64,000 nucleotides of DNA from Candidatus Campbellbacteria bacterium (GTDB lineage Bacteria; Patescibacteriota; Minisyncoccia; Phycocordibacterales; GCA-2747955), in assembly GCA_002747955.1 (NCBI GenBank), contig PDQZ01000008.1, forward strand, positions 79,425 through 143,424. The letters are read 5' to 3'. Shown here one piece after another: positions 46,254 through 56,118 of the stretch. Each line of letters starts with the position of its first letter. The stretch's first letter is position 1. The notes under the pieces are model-generated. The model was not told the DNA's origin. It was given only the letters and a program-made list of their open reading frames with translations, and did not search any database. The translations under genes and the position numbers were made by a program.

Positions 46254-46829
46254 ATGGAAATAAAAAAAGCAGAATTTATCAAAGGAATAAAAGGAACAGA
46301 TGACATTTTAGAAAGCGATATTTTAAACATCGCTTTTTATGGTCGTTCAAACGTGGGGAAGTCATCTTGCATCAACGCAATTTTAGGCAGAAAAAATTTA
46401 GTTAAATCTTCTTCAAAACCAGGAAAAACAAAAGAGATAAATTTTTTCAACCTAAATGACCAAATGTATTTTGTAGATCTACCAGGTTACGGTTATGCCA
46501 AAATGTCACAAAAAGAAAGAGAGAAATTAAGAAAAAATATTTTATGGTACATCATGTATTCAGAAGTAAAAAACCGAATAAACATAATTGTGCTTGATGC
46601 AAAAGTTGGTTTGTCTGATTTTGACAAACAAATTCTACATCAGCTTTTAGAACAAAAAGAAAAAGTTATTTTGTTATTTAATAAAATTGATAAGTTAAAT
46701 CAAAAAACCTTAAGTGCAAATATCAAAAAACTTAAAGAAGAAATTTCTGATCAAATTGAAATTGTAAAAATGTCAGCTTTAAAACAAAAAGGCACAAAAG
46801 ACTTTTGGAAAATTTTAGAAAAAAATTAG
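46254..46829 (+). CDS. engB: ribosome biogenesis GTP-binding protein EngB/YsxC
   Basis: GRSNVGKSSCINAILG (G1), VDLPGYGYAK (G3), NKIDK (G4). Confidence 0.8.
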   Translation: MEIKKAEFIKGIKGTDDILESDILNIAFYGRSNVGKSSCINAILGRKNLVKSSSKPGKTKEINFFNLNDQMYFVDLPGYGYAKMSQKEREKLRKNILWYIMYSEVKNRINIIVLDAKVGLSDFDKQILHQLLEQKEKVILLFNKIDKLNQKTLSANIKKLKEEISDQIEIVKMSALKQKGTKDFWKILEKN

Positions 46830-46849
46830 AATAGAAAAAAATCAAAAAT

Positions 46850-46898
46850 CAAGGCCTTGCCTTGAGATAGGCAAGGCCTATCTCAAGGCAAGGCCTTG
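46850..46898. repeat. 49-bp perfect palindrome (triple-hairpin/cruciform capable), copy 1 of 2 identical copies
   Basis: caaggccttgccttgagataggc-aag-gcctatctcaaggcaaggccttg; identical to 60313..60361 with about 8 bp of shared flanks. Confidence 0.8.
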
Positions 46899-47012
46899 TT
46901 TTTTCTTTTTTAAATTCAAAAAATATGCTATTATTTATATTAAGATAAGTTAAAATAGGCTAAATAGATCTGTTATTGACAAATTGAAATAAAGTAGTAT
47001 AATAAAATAAAC

Positions 47013-47285
47013 ATGAATCAAAAAAATAATAATTTAGATGTGGAACAAACAGTAAAAATAATTTCATTTTTTATCCAAAACTTAGATGTGGAAGATGAAA
47101 TCAAAGCGTTCTTTTTTGACTATATTCAGAAAATAGAAGACCCTGAAGAAATGCAAAACTTTTTTGATTTTTTAGAAAATACTTATGTAAATCAAGAAAT
47201 GGTTAAAAAAGAAAAAGATTATATTCAGAAGATAGAAGAGATTGACAGCCAAACTATTAAAGAGCTTAATAAAATTTTAAAATAA
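47013..47285 (+). CDS. hypothetical small acidic protein
   Basis: 90 aa, Glu/Asp-rich; immediately upstream of the 1025-aa gene. Confidence 0.3.
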   Translation: MNQKNNNLDVEQTVKIISFFIQNLDVEDEIKAFFFDYIQKIEDPEEMQNFFDFLENTYVNQEMVKKEKDYIQKIEEIDSQTIKELNKILK

Positions 47286-47289
47286 TATT

Positions 47290-50200
47290 ATGAACGAGAA
47301 ACAACCAAAAAAAATATCAAATGCAGAAGTACCTAAAATAAAAGGTGGTTTTGAAATTGAAGAAATAAAAATGGAGAAAGGGGATGTTGTTTTGAAATCA
47401 GAGAATAGTAATGGTAAATTAAGCGCTGAACAAAAAGATAAAATTTATTTAGAACAAATTAAAAATTTACCAGACACAGAAAAGGGTAGAGAATTAAAAA
47501 AAAAATATTCAAAACTTTTAAGTTCTAGTGCAAAAGTTGATGAAAATAAAAAAGAGCAAAAAGAAATTTCTAATAGTTTAAAATATGTCAAAGAACAGTT
47601 TGAAGAAGGGAAAAATTTAAAAAATAGCAAAGACTTAAAAAACTTTGTTGATAGTTTAACTTTAGATGAGAAAATCAAAGCAAGGCAGATTTTTTATGAT
47701 ATTCAAAGACAAAAAAAGAAAGGAAAATTGGAAAAAGAAATAGAAAAAAAACAAATTGAAGATAATCAAGATGGTGTTTTTGAAGTGCAAGAAGATGAGG
47801 AGAATTTATTTGGTTATAAAAAACTTAATCGAGTTTTAGACAAAGATGAAGGCAAAAAAGTTAAAGAAAAACTAGAAAAACTTCAAGGACAAGAGAAAGA
47901 AAGAAGAAAAGAAAATATTCAAAGTGTGAAAGAACAAAAAGAAGAAGAAAAGAAAAATAAAAAAGGTTTTTTCAAAAGACTTTTTTCAAAAAACACTTTA
48001 AAGTTTGGAGTAGAAACAGCAAAAGATATTGGTTTAAAAATGTCTGGACTGAAGGCTTTTACCCTTTGGAGAGAGAGCAGACATTTTCAAAAAAATAAAA
48101 AAGCTGAAATTGAAAGTTTTAAAGATAATAATATTCCAGAACACATTTCAGATCTTGTAGATGTAATAAAAAATGGTGACAATTCAGAAGAAAACAAAGT
48201 TTTAAGAATTGAACTTAAAAATAAACTAAGAGAAGAAAAAGAAACAAATCCTGAACAATACAAAAAAGCAGTTGAGGTTTTGTTTAAAAGCAGAAACCAA
48301 AAAAATAAGGTAAAAGAAGAAGTTTTAAAAAACTTGGAAAAAACATATTCAAAAGAAGAACTTGATAGAAAAAGAGAGCTTGCAAAAGAGTCAATTAACA
48401 CAGCTTTGATTTGGATGGGTGCAATAACTGGTGGTGCAACAGCTTATGGTGCTGTTATAACAAGAACTTTCAACAATATTGGTTTTACAGCTGCAAAACA
48501 ATTTGAAAACAAAGACGGAAAAATTCAATTTTCTGAAATGAAAAATATTTTCAAAAATATTTCAAAAAATTGGCAAGAGAAAAGCGCTGTTGGGAAAATT
48601 TCAACTGCTGTGATGTATGGAGCACTTGGATACATGCTTTACAACGGTTACGATATGTCAAAAAATGGAACCATTGATGAATACAACACACTTGTAGGAA
48701 AAATTATTCGCGGGGAACTTCCTTATTATCCAACTGGAGATGAAAAAAGTGTGAATACAGGAAAAATTGAGACAACTTCAGACATAGAAGCTGATGGAAA
48801 AGTTCCGTTTGCTCCTTTAAAAGATGCAGTCGATAGACAAGAAGCACTTGCAGATTATAAGCAAAATGTTGCAGAGGCAAAAAATACTTATAAAATAAGT
48901 GTGGAAAAAGACAGCTCAATTTGGAAAGTTTTAGAAAGAGAAGACAGTTTTTGGGAAAAATTAGGAGCTGAAAAATTAACAGATCAACAAAAGGAAAATG
49001 TAATTGGAAATATTGTAAAAAGGCTTCAAAATAATTCTGAATTTGCAGATTTAAAAGAGGAATTTTTAAATTTAAATTCAAATGAAAACATAGATTTGAT
49101 GAAACTTCAAAAAGTGATTGATCAAGACATCGAAGTTAAAGGGCAAAAATTTGATAACTTAATTCAAAGAGCAGATATGCTTGATGGACATAAAGATGTT
49201 TTGTCATACAAAGAAGCTGATATTGATCAATATTTACACCCAAAAACAGCCCAAGAAGTTACTGTTATTGAAAATTCTGATCCTAATGATATTATTGAAA
49301 AAACTCATGACCCAAAAAATGCTTGGAAAACTTTGGATTTGAAAAATGCTGGAAAAGTTCACAATGGTTTTTATGAAATCACTTCAAAAGATGGAGCAAA
49401 AGGAATGTGGGGCATTTTACGAGAAGAAGTTTTCAAAAATGCCATGAATTTAGATAAACCAAAAGGAGCTGAGCTTTCTTTGGATTATGATGAATTAAAC
49501 AACCTAACAGCAAACACCATTGAAAGAATCAAATATTTAATAGCTCACGATAAAGTTTTTGCAGAAAAAATCGGAATTTATAATGTAACAGAAATTTACC
49601 CAGGTCAAAAGTTAAATGTTGAACTTATTAGAGATAAAATTTTAAACAAAAGGTTTGGAAACTATGAAACTATGGTTGACCGAGCTCGAGATTTTGATAA
49701 GCCAAATATTACTTTTGCTGAACAAAACGCTATTGAGCAAGTACATACACAGGTTGAAATAAAACCAAAACCAAGTGCTGTATACCAGCCAACAATAACT
49801 CAAACACCAGAAGGGGAAGTGGAAATTTCTAATGTTGCTTATGACGATGAAAAACCAGTTTCTGTTTCACAAGTTGAGGTTGAAATGCATCCAGATGTTC
49901 AAAGTACTGGAGTTCAAAGTGGAACAGAAGCAGTTTATGATCCAAACAATCAAAACATTTCTAGTTATCCAGAAGAAACAATGATAAATCAAAATATAAA
50001 TGTTGAGCAAGGTGTTCAAAATCAGAATCAAGAAATAACAAGCAATGAAAAACCAGTTTCTGAACAAAAAATGAAAGTTCCAGAAAAAGACTTTTACAAA
50101 GATGCAAAAGAAATACCATATAAAAATCAAGGTATTATAGTAGGAACAACAAGTGATGGGATAAATTATGCAATCCCAACAAAAGTTTTAGAAGATGCAT

Positions 50201-50367
50201 ATAAAAAATTAAGCCCTGATGAAGTGATGGAAAAAGTATATAATCCTGATGATTTATTAAATAAATATACTGATTTAAACACAAAATCAAAAGGAATTGA
50301 TTTTCTAAAAAGACAGGCACAAGAAAGCATTGATTGGGAAATAAAAAGAAGTGGTAATGATAGGTAA
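47290..50367 (+). CDS. large hypothetical membrane protein (charged coiled-coil N-terminus, two central TM helices, about 550-aa C-terminal domain)
   Basis: Lys/Glu-rich first 350 aa; TM pair around SINTALIWMGAITGGATAYGAVI and VGKISTAVMYGALGYMLY; no recognisable catalytic motif. Confidence 0.35.
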   Translation: MNEKQPKKISNAEVPKIKGGFEIEEIKMEKGDVVLKSENSNGKLSAEQKDKIYLEQIKNLPDTEKGRELKKKYSKLLSSSAKVDENKKEQKEISNSLKYVKEQFEEGKNLKNSKDLKNFVDSLTLDEKIKARQIFYDIQRQKKKGKLEKEIEKKQIEDNQDGVFEVQEDEENLFGYKKLNRVLDKDEGKKVKEKLEKLQGQEKERRKENIQSVKEQKEEEKKNKKGFFKRLFSKNTLKFGVETAKDIGLKMSGLKAFTLWRESRHFQKNKKAEIESFKDNNIPEHISDLVDVIKNGDNSEENKVLRIELKNKLREEKETNPEQYKKAVEVLFKSRNQKNKVKEEVLKNLEKTYSKEELDRKRELAKESINTALIWMGAITGGATAYGAVITRTFNNIGFTAAKQFENKDGKIQFSEMKNIFKNISKNWQEKSAVGKISTAVMYGALGYMLYNGYDMSKNGTIDEYNTLVGKIIRGELPYYPTGDEKSVNTGKIETTSDIEADGKVPFAPLKDAVDRQEALADYKQNVAEAKNTYKISVEKDSSIWKVLEREDSFWEKLGAEKLTDQQKENVIGNIVKRLQNNSEFADLKEEFLNLNSNENIDLMKLQKVIDQDIEVKGQKFDNLIQRADMLDGHKDVLSYKEADIDQYLHPKTAQEVTVIENSDPNDIIEKTHDPKNAWKTLDLKNAGKVHNGFYEITSKDGAKGMWGILREEVFKNAMNLDKPKGAELSLDYDELNNLTANTIERIKYLIAHDKVFAEKIGIYNVTEIYPGQKLNVELIRDKILNKRFGNYETMVDRARDFDKPNITFAEQNAIEQVHTQVEIKPKPSAVYQPTITQTPEGEVEISNVAYDDEKPVSVSQVEVEMHPDVQSTGVQSGTEAVYDPNNQNISSYPEETMINQNINVEQGVQNQNQEITSNEKPVSEQKMKVPEKDFYKDAKEIPYKNQGIIVGTTSDGINYAIPTKVLEDAYKKLSPDEVMEKVYNPDDLLNKYTDLNTKSKGIDFLKRQAQESIDWEIKRSGNDR

Positions 50368-50499
50368 AATAAAAAGTAAGTCAAAAGGCTTGACTTTTTA
50401 TTTTTTTATGTTACAATATGGTTAGTTTTGGTTAGGAGTAATTTAAGTATTTCTAATTCGTTCTTTAATTTTAATGCCTTAACCGGCAGGAGTTCAGAG

Positions 50500-50793
50500 A
50501 TGAACAATTTTAAAAAAGGTTTAGCAATAACCTTAATTATTGCTGTTATGGGGTCTTTGATTGGTTGTTCATCAGCCAATCAACGGATCCATGAGATTCA
50601 AACCTTGAATTCCAAAACTTCTACCATTGCAAATAAACAAGCAATGGTGGAAAGCAACCTTACACAAATTAAAAATTCGTGTAATGGTTGTTCAATGGGA
50701 ACTTTAAGAAATACCCACCGAGCAAATCAAATTTCCGCTGCAGTTAACGCAGCAATCGGAGAAAAGATCGCGGAAAAAGCCAACGATCTTTGA
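50500..50793 (+). CDS. small lipoprotein
   Basis: AGGAG SD then MNNFKKGLAITLIIAVMGSLIGCSS (lipobox LIGC); start and 5-prime UTR paralogous to the gene at 51070. Confidence 0.45.
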   Translation: MNNFKKGLAITLIIAVMGSLIGCSSANQRIHEIQTLNSKTSTIANKQAMVESNLTQIKNSCNGCSMGTLRNTHRANQISAAVNAAIGEKIAEKANDL

Positions 50794-50863
50794 TCTTAAA
50801 ACAAATTATAAACCCAGACAGGAGGCTGGGTTTTTTTATTTTTAAATATGTTCACAAAAAGAC

Positions 50864-50891
50864 TTGACAAATAAATTATTTATGATACAAT
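50864..50891 (+). promoter_or_regulatory. strong sigma70 promoter TTGACA-N16-TGaTACAAT
   Basis: cttgacaaataaattatttatgatacaat; drives a 170-nt leader before the gene at 51070. Confidence 0.55.
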
Positions 50892-50959
50892 ACTATTGTG
50901 ATTATAAATCACACAGTTCTTTAAAAAAGTTTCATTTGAATTCCAAAATAAATTTTAAA

Positions 50960-51030
50960 ATGACCTATGCAGAATTTTGCAAAAAAGTAAACATAAAAAA
51001 CTTTTTTCCAAAATTCTGCATAGCAGAGTT
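50960..51030 (+). promoter_or_regulatory. terminator-like hairpin in the leader (possible attenuator) upstream of 51070
   Basis: tatgcagaattttgcaaaaaag...aaacttttttccaaaattctgcata with about 22-bp arms, followed by gcagagtttttt, 40 nt before the SD. Confidence 0.4.
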
Positions 51031-51069
51031 TTTTAAATTTATAAAAGTCCGAAAGGACAGGAGTTCGTA

Positions 51070-52119
51070 ATGAACAATTTATTTAAGGGATTGATTACCA
51101 CCTTAACGGTAATCGTTTTTGCAGCAAATGCTCAGTCGCCTGAGCAACTTGTTGCAAACTATGTTGGGTCTTACACTGGTTGTAAAACCAGTGTAAGTCG
51201 AGTTTCTGGCTCGAAATTTCGGGTCAGTTCGTGCGGAAAAAGTAGAAACATTACTTTTTCTAAAAAAACAAGAGCTCGCATGGCGAAGGCTATGTCGAAC
51301 CCAAGTTCGAACGCGAGCCTATATAGCGTCTGTCCTCAACAGGCAGGTGCTATTCAGCAGCTTGCAGCTGCTAAGCCATCAAAAGTGGTTTATAAGGATC
51401 GGGTAGTGGAAAAGGTTGTTGTTCAAAAAAAACAGTTACCTTTTTTCAGCGTTCAAGATGAGCAGTTTGCTGATCTTGGATCGAACAAAAATGTTCGAGC
51501 AGCAACAACTGCTGTGATTAGAGGGGTTACTGCTGTTAGCGTAGCAGGGATCAATGCTGCTGCTTCTGAGCAATGGGGTGATGACTACGTGGCTGGACAA
51601 GCTGCGCGTCGTCCGAATCAGATTATTAATAATCTGAGTTCTTCTGCCACTGGTGGTAGTGTTGGTAATATTAATAATTCCAACACTAACTCCAACACTG
51701 CCTATGGTGGTGCTGGTGGTCAAGGTGGCGCTGGTGGAGCTGGTGGGATTGGTGTTGGTGGTACTAACATCAATACCAACAATAATAACAACACCAATAA
51801 CCCTACAACTACCATTAATCCACCGTCTGACTCCAACACTGATCCAGATAATGGAGGTTGGATCAACGATGGATCGTCTGATTCAAACACAAACCCATCA
51901 GCTGATGCTGGTGGAAGTGATTGGGTCAATGATGGAGGAGCTGCCGCTGATGACATCACTGGCAATGCTGACAACAGCAACACCGATGATGGTGCTTGGG
52001 GTGGTGGCTTCAATGACTTCAGTGACACAGGAAGTGTTGTTGAAGATAATAATTTTGCCGATAACGCAGGAAGTGATTTCGGCAACGGGGATGATGGAAA
52101 CACCAACCCTGATTGGTAA
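51070..52119 (+). CDS. secreted Gly/Asn/Thr/Asp-rich low-complexity protein (higher-GC gene)
   Basis: signal peptide MNNLFKGLITTLTVIVFAANAQS; GGAGGQGGAGGAGGIGVGG and N/T/D-rich tail; local GC clearly above the genome background. Confidence 0.45.
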   Translation: MNNLFKGLITTLTVIVFAANAQSPEQLVANYVGSYTGCKTSVSRVSGSKFRVSSCGKSRNITFSKKTRARMAKAMSNPSSNASLYSVCPQQAGAIQQLAAAKPSKVVYKDRVVEKVVVQKKQLPFFSVQDEQFADLGSNKNVRAATTAVIRGVTAVSVAGINAAASEQWGDDYVAGQAARRPNQIINNLSSSATGGSVGNINNSNTNSNTAYGGAGGQGGAGGAGGIGVGGTNINTNNNNNTNNPTTTINPPSDSNTDPDNGGWINDGSSDSNTNPSADAGGSDWVNDGGAAADDITGNADNSNTDDGAWGGGFNDFSDTGSVVEDNNFADNAGSDFGNGDDGNTNPDW

Positions 52120-52484
52120 TAAAATCCTAATTTTTTTAGGTAACGGCATTCAAGCGAATGCCGTTTTTTTTTGTGTCTGGTTTTTGGAGAGTGTGTGGCG
52201 GAAAAACTGGGTGGTTGTGTTTGTTTTTCCGCCTTTTATGTTTTTAAATTTGATAAATGATTAAAATAAAATTTGAAAAGTATTTTAACGTTAAAAAAAC
52301 AAGTAGAGCTCGGTGCCTTCGGCAGTGTATAAACTGTGCATTTCTATATTAGAGTAAACACTTGACTTTATGTCAATTATGTGTTAATATTCTCTCACAA
52401 TACATATTACGAAGGTAAACTCTTGACAAATTAAATAAATTTGTGTATAATATGTTTGTTATAAATATAAATTAATTAAAAAAT

Positions 52485-55262
52485 ATGAAAAAATTATTAC
52501 AAAAATTTAAAGCAATTATTGTTGCAATTGTTGCATTTTCAACAATTGTAGCAACTTCTTATGCTACAAGTTTGGGAACAACAACAAATATTCCTGAATT
52601 GCAAGCAAATGTTAAACACAACGGTTCTTGGAGTGGTTATAGCACATCAAGAAGTGTTAATAAGGGTGATGAACTTGTTTTTCAAATTCATGCTTATGCA
52701 AACGGTGGAGACGTTTCAGGTTTAAAAGCTAGAATGGATAATTTAAACCAAGCTACATTTAATGCAGGGCAAAGAATAACAGTTAAATCACAAGTTAGAG
52801 CATCAAATGCTTCATCAGAATCAGGTACAACAAGAATTACTTTTAACGATAAAGTAAAACTTGTTTACAAAGGTTACAAATGGGGAATTAGACGAGAAGG
52901 TGGAAACCCAGGAACTGAACAATTCAGAACTTTACCAAATGGACAAAACGGAGCTAAAACTTTAACTTCAAGTGGAGTTTATTTAGGATCTTTAAGTCAA
53001 GATTACAGAAGTAACTTATTGATTAGATTTGATGTTTTAGATGCTGGTACAACTCCTGCTGAAGAAGAAGCAACAGTTGATACTTTAAATGCAACAGGCA
53101 TTACAAAATACTGTGCTACACTAAAAGCAGATATTGACTTGAATGACGATGATTCTACAAATGTAAGATTTAAATACGGAACATCTTCAACAAATCTTTC
53201 AAAAGTAACTTCATATGTTACAAGAAATTCTGACGGAACTTATTCTGAAAGAGTTTGTGGTTTAAATGAAAATGAAAGATATTATTTCCAAGCTTATTTA
53301 AATAATGGAAATAAAGGTGGAATTAAAAATTTCAAAACAGATGAGGATAACAATCCTTCAAATGAGGACGCAACAGTTGATACTTTAAGTGCAACAGATA
53401 TTACAAAACACTGTGCAGAACTTAGAGCAGATATTGACTTGAATGATGATAATTCTACAAAAGTAAGGTTTAGATATGGAACATCTTCAACAAATCTTTC
53501 AAAAGTAACTTCATATGTTACAAGAAATTCTGACGGAACTTATTCCGAGAGAGTTTGTAATCTAAGTGAAAACAAAAGATATTATTTCCAAGCTTATTTA
53601 AATAATGGAAATAAAGGTGGAATTAAAAACTTCAAAACAGATGAGAATAACAATCCTTCAAATGAAGAAGCAGAAGTTACAACAAAACCCGCAACAAATG
53701 TTTCAGAACATTGTGCAACTTTGAAAGGTTATTTAAATTTAAACGATGACGATGATGCTCATGTTAAGTTTAAATATGGAACAGATAGAGATGATTTAAG
53801 CAAAACTGTTTCTGCTGGAACACTTTCAAGCAATGGAAATTTTTCAAAAAAAGTTTGTAGTTTGAAAAAAAACAAAAAATATTACTTTAAAGCTTACATC
53901 CCAGGTGGAGATGAAGGTTCTGTAAAATCATTTAGAACAGATAGAGATGATGATGATGACGATGATGATGATGATGATGATGATGATGATCAAAAAGCAG
54001 AAGTTACAACAAAAAGAGCAACAGAAATTTACTCATATACAGCTCAACTTAACGGGCATGTAGATGTAAATGATACAAAAGGTCCAAGAGTTTACTTTGA
54101 ATATGGAACTTCAAGAAGTAATTTAAACAAAGAAACTTCAAAAGCAAGAGTGCATGACAATACTTATTTCCAATCTATTGTTGGATTAACACCAAACACA
54201 AAATACTACTTCAGAGCAATGGTTGAAAATAGAGATGGAGATATTGTAGACAGAGGAAGTATTTTATCATTTGTTACAAAAAGACAAGTTGTTTCATCAA
54301 GAACAGATGCAATGACAACAGGAGCTTATGCTGGAACTTATGCAGCTGATGTTTATGGACAAATTGTAGGGGGAGACGAAAGAGTGATTTGTTATTTCAA
54401 ATACGGAAGAACAACTTCTCTTGGTTCAAGAACTGCTTCTGTTACAAAAAATGCAAACTTAAACAAGGCTTGTTCTGCAAAAATCAGAGGTTTGAAACCA
54501 GGAAAAAGATACTACTATCAAGCAGTTGTGGTTGATGATGGAAAAACTTATACAGGTGTGATTAAATCTTTTGTAACAAAAAGAGTTTATACAACACCAA
54601 GACCTAGCAAACCTAGACCTTCAAGACCGATTACAATTAACGAAAACGTTACTGTTTCTGTTGAAGAAGTGATCGAGGAAGAAGGTATCAGATTGCAAAT
54701 CAACAAATGGGTATCAGAAGATAAAGTTGATAACTATGGACTTGAAACAACAGCTCAAATTGGAGATACTGTTTACTATAAAGTTCGAGTTAAAAACAAC
54801 ACAAATGATGATATTGAAGATGTAACAGTTACAGATCATATTCCTTATGAACTTGAACTTTCAGATCAAAGAGACATTGACGATGATGTTGATAAATACT
54901 TAACTTGGAAAATTGGAAAGATGAGACCTGGTGAAGTAAGAACATTTATCACAGAGATGACTGTTTCTGACAAAGCTCAATATGGAGATACAATCTCATC
55001 AAGAGCTGAAATCTCAAAAGATGGAGAAAGAGAATATACAAACTATGTTGATATTTTCGTGAGAAGATCTGACCAAGCTGCATCTATTTTCGGAGCAAAT
55101 TCATCATTTTTCCCAACAAGTTTAATCGGATGGTTAAGTTTGTTAGCATTAATTCTTTTTATTGGATTTTTGATTTCAAAAATCTTTACAACAAAAAGAG
55201 AAAATGATATACAATTAGCTGCTTTCAAAGAAGCTCAAAGAGAAAGATATATTAGAAAATAA
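52485..55262 (+). CDS. cell-surface protein: signal peptide, five about 100-aa Ig/FN3-like tandem repeats, poly-Asp tract, DUF11-like domain, C-terminal TM anchor
   Basis: two near-identical 102-aa repeats (EEEATVDTLNATGITKYCATLKADIDLNDDDSTNVRFKYGTSSTNLSKV...) plus three diverged copies; DDDDDDDDDDDDDDDDD; GDTVYYKVRVKNNTNDDIEDVTVTDHIPYEL (DUF11-like); C-terminal LIGWLSLLALILFIGFLI. Confidence 0.55.
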   Translation: MKKLLQKFKAIIVAIVAFSTIVATSYATSLGTTTNIPELQANVKHNGSWSGYSTSRSVNKGDELVFQIHAYANGGDVSGLKARMDNLNQATFNAGQRITVKSQVRASNASSESGTTRITFNDKVKLVYKGYKWGIRREGGNPGTEQFRTLPNGQNGAKTLTSSGVYLGSLSQDYRSNLLIRFDVLDAGTTPAEEEATVDTLNATGITKYCATLKADIDLNDDDSTNVRFKYGTSSTNLSKVTSYVTRNSDGTYSERVCGLNENERYYFQAYLNNGNKGGIKNFKTDEDNNPSNEDATVDTLSATDITKHCAELRADIDLNDDNSTKVRFRYGTSSTNLSKVTSYVTRNSDGTYSERVCNLSENKRYYFQAYLNNGNKGGIKNFKTDENNNPSNEEAEVTTKPATNVSEHCATLKGYLNLNDDDDAHVKFKYGTDRDDLSKTVSAGTLSSNGNFSKKVCSLKKNKKYYFKAYIPGGDEGSVKSFRTDRDDDDDDDDDDDDDDDQKAEVTTKRATEIYSYTAQLNGHVDVNDTKGPRVYFEYGTSRSNLNKETSKARVHDNTYFQSIVGLTPNTKYYFRAMVENRDGDIVDRGSILSFVTKRQVVSSRTDAMTTGAYAGTYAADVYGQIVGGDERVICYFKYGRTTSLGSRTASVTKNANLNKACSAKIRGLKPGKRYYYQAVVVDDGKTYTGVIKSFVTKRVYTTPRPSKPRPSRPITINENVTVSVEEVIEEEGIRLQINKWVSEDKVDNYGLETTAQIGDTVYYKVRVKNNTNDDIEDVTVTDHIPYELELSDQRDIDDDVDKYLTWKIGKMRPGEVRTFITEMTVSDKAQYGDTISSRAEISKDGEREYTNYVDIFVRRSDQAASIFGANSSFFPTSLIGWLSLLALILFIGFLISKIFTTKRENDIQLAAFKEAQRERYIRK
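53061..53672 (+). repeat. two tandem near-identical 306-bp coding repeats inside the surface-protein gene
   Basis: 53061..53366 and 53367..53672 differ at only a few positions. Confidence 0.75.
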
Positions 55263-55641
55263 GTTAATTAAAAAACCTCATTTATTAAACTATTTGTAGG
55301 TTTTTTAATTTATGATATAATATAAGTATGGAAGAATTAAGAATTAAAACAGGCGCAGGATCTTCTGATAGTTCAAAAACAGAAGTTACGACTCCAGCAC
55401 AAACACAAACAGCAAGTATTGTAAATTCAAACTCAAAATTTTTACCACAAGATATAATCTTTTGGTCTGAGATGTTGATAATCACTTTTTTGATTTTGTT
55501 TTTGACATTTAAATATCTTGTTCCTAAAGAAAAATAGAAAGTTTGTTTGTGAAATTTAAAAAACTAAAATTAAATTTTAATTTTAGTTTTTTAATTTAAA
55601 ATTATTTTTTGATTTGGGTTTTTTGTGTTATAATTTGGAGC

Positions 55642-56100
55642 ATGGTTTATTTAAGTAAAGAGAAGTTAGAAGAACTTAAAAAAGAGTTGGAAGAATTAAC
55701 AACTGTTGGTCGAAAAGAAATTGCAGAAAGACTTGATGAAGCAAAATCTTATGGTGATTTGAAAGAAAATGCAGAGTATCATCAAGCTCGAGAAGATCAA
55801 GGAATTATGGAGTCAAGAATTTTAGAAATTGATGACATAATTAAAAATTCAGAAGTTTTTAAAAAACACAAAGCAACAAAGGTAGAACTTGGTTGTGTTG
55901 TTGTGATTGCTAAAAAAGGTTCAAAAGAAAAAAATACTTATGAAATTGTAGGCTCTCAAGATGCTGATATTTTTGCAGGAAAACTTGACAGACACGCTCC
56001 ACTTGCAGTTGCGATGATGGAAAAAACAGAAGGTGAGTTTTTTGATTTTAAAAAACCAAATGGTGAAAGTATAACTTATAAAGTTGTTGATATTAAGTAA
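55642..56100 (+). CDS. greA: transcription elongation factor GreA
   Basis: MVYLSKEKLEELKKELEELTTVGRKEIAERLDEAKSYGDLKENAEYHQAREDQ; start 8 nt after TGTTATAAT. Confidence 0.8.
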   Translation: MVYLSKEKLEELKKELEELTTVGRKEIAERLDEAKSYGDLKENAEYHQAREDQGIMESRILEIDDIIKNSEVFKKHKATKVELGCVVVIAKKGSKEKNTYEIVGSQDADIFAGKLDRHAPLAVAMMEKTEGEFFDFKKPNGESITYKVVDIK

Positions 56101-56118
56101 GTTTTTGGGGGAGGTTGA

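Noticed and set aside
50864-51070. ORF 50864..51070 (68 aa)
   Set aside because: It starts inside the promoter, spans the leader hairpin, and ends exactly at the start codon of the real gene.
51436-52264. Alternative-frame ORFs 51436..51723 (-), 51653..52264 (+), 51720..52106 (-), 51898..52149 (-)
   Set aside because: All overlap the GC-rich low-complexity gene 51070..52119, which has a signal peptide, SD and promoter. Codon-repeat DNA yields open alternative frames.
53061-53672. Tandem repeats considered as a possible CRISPR-like or VNTR array
   Set aside because: The period (306 bp) and its in-frame coding of Ig-like domains are incompatible with CRISPR. No CRISPR repeats or cas genes were seen anywhere in the window.
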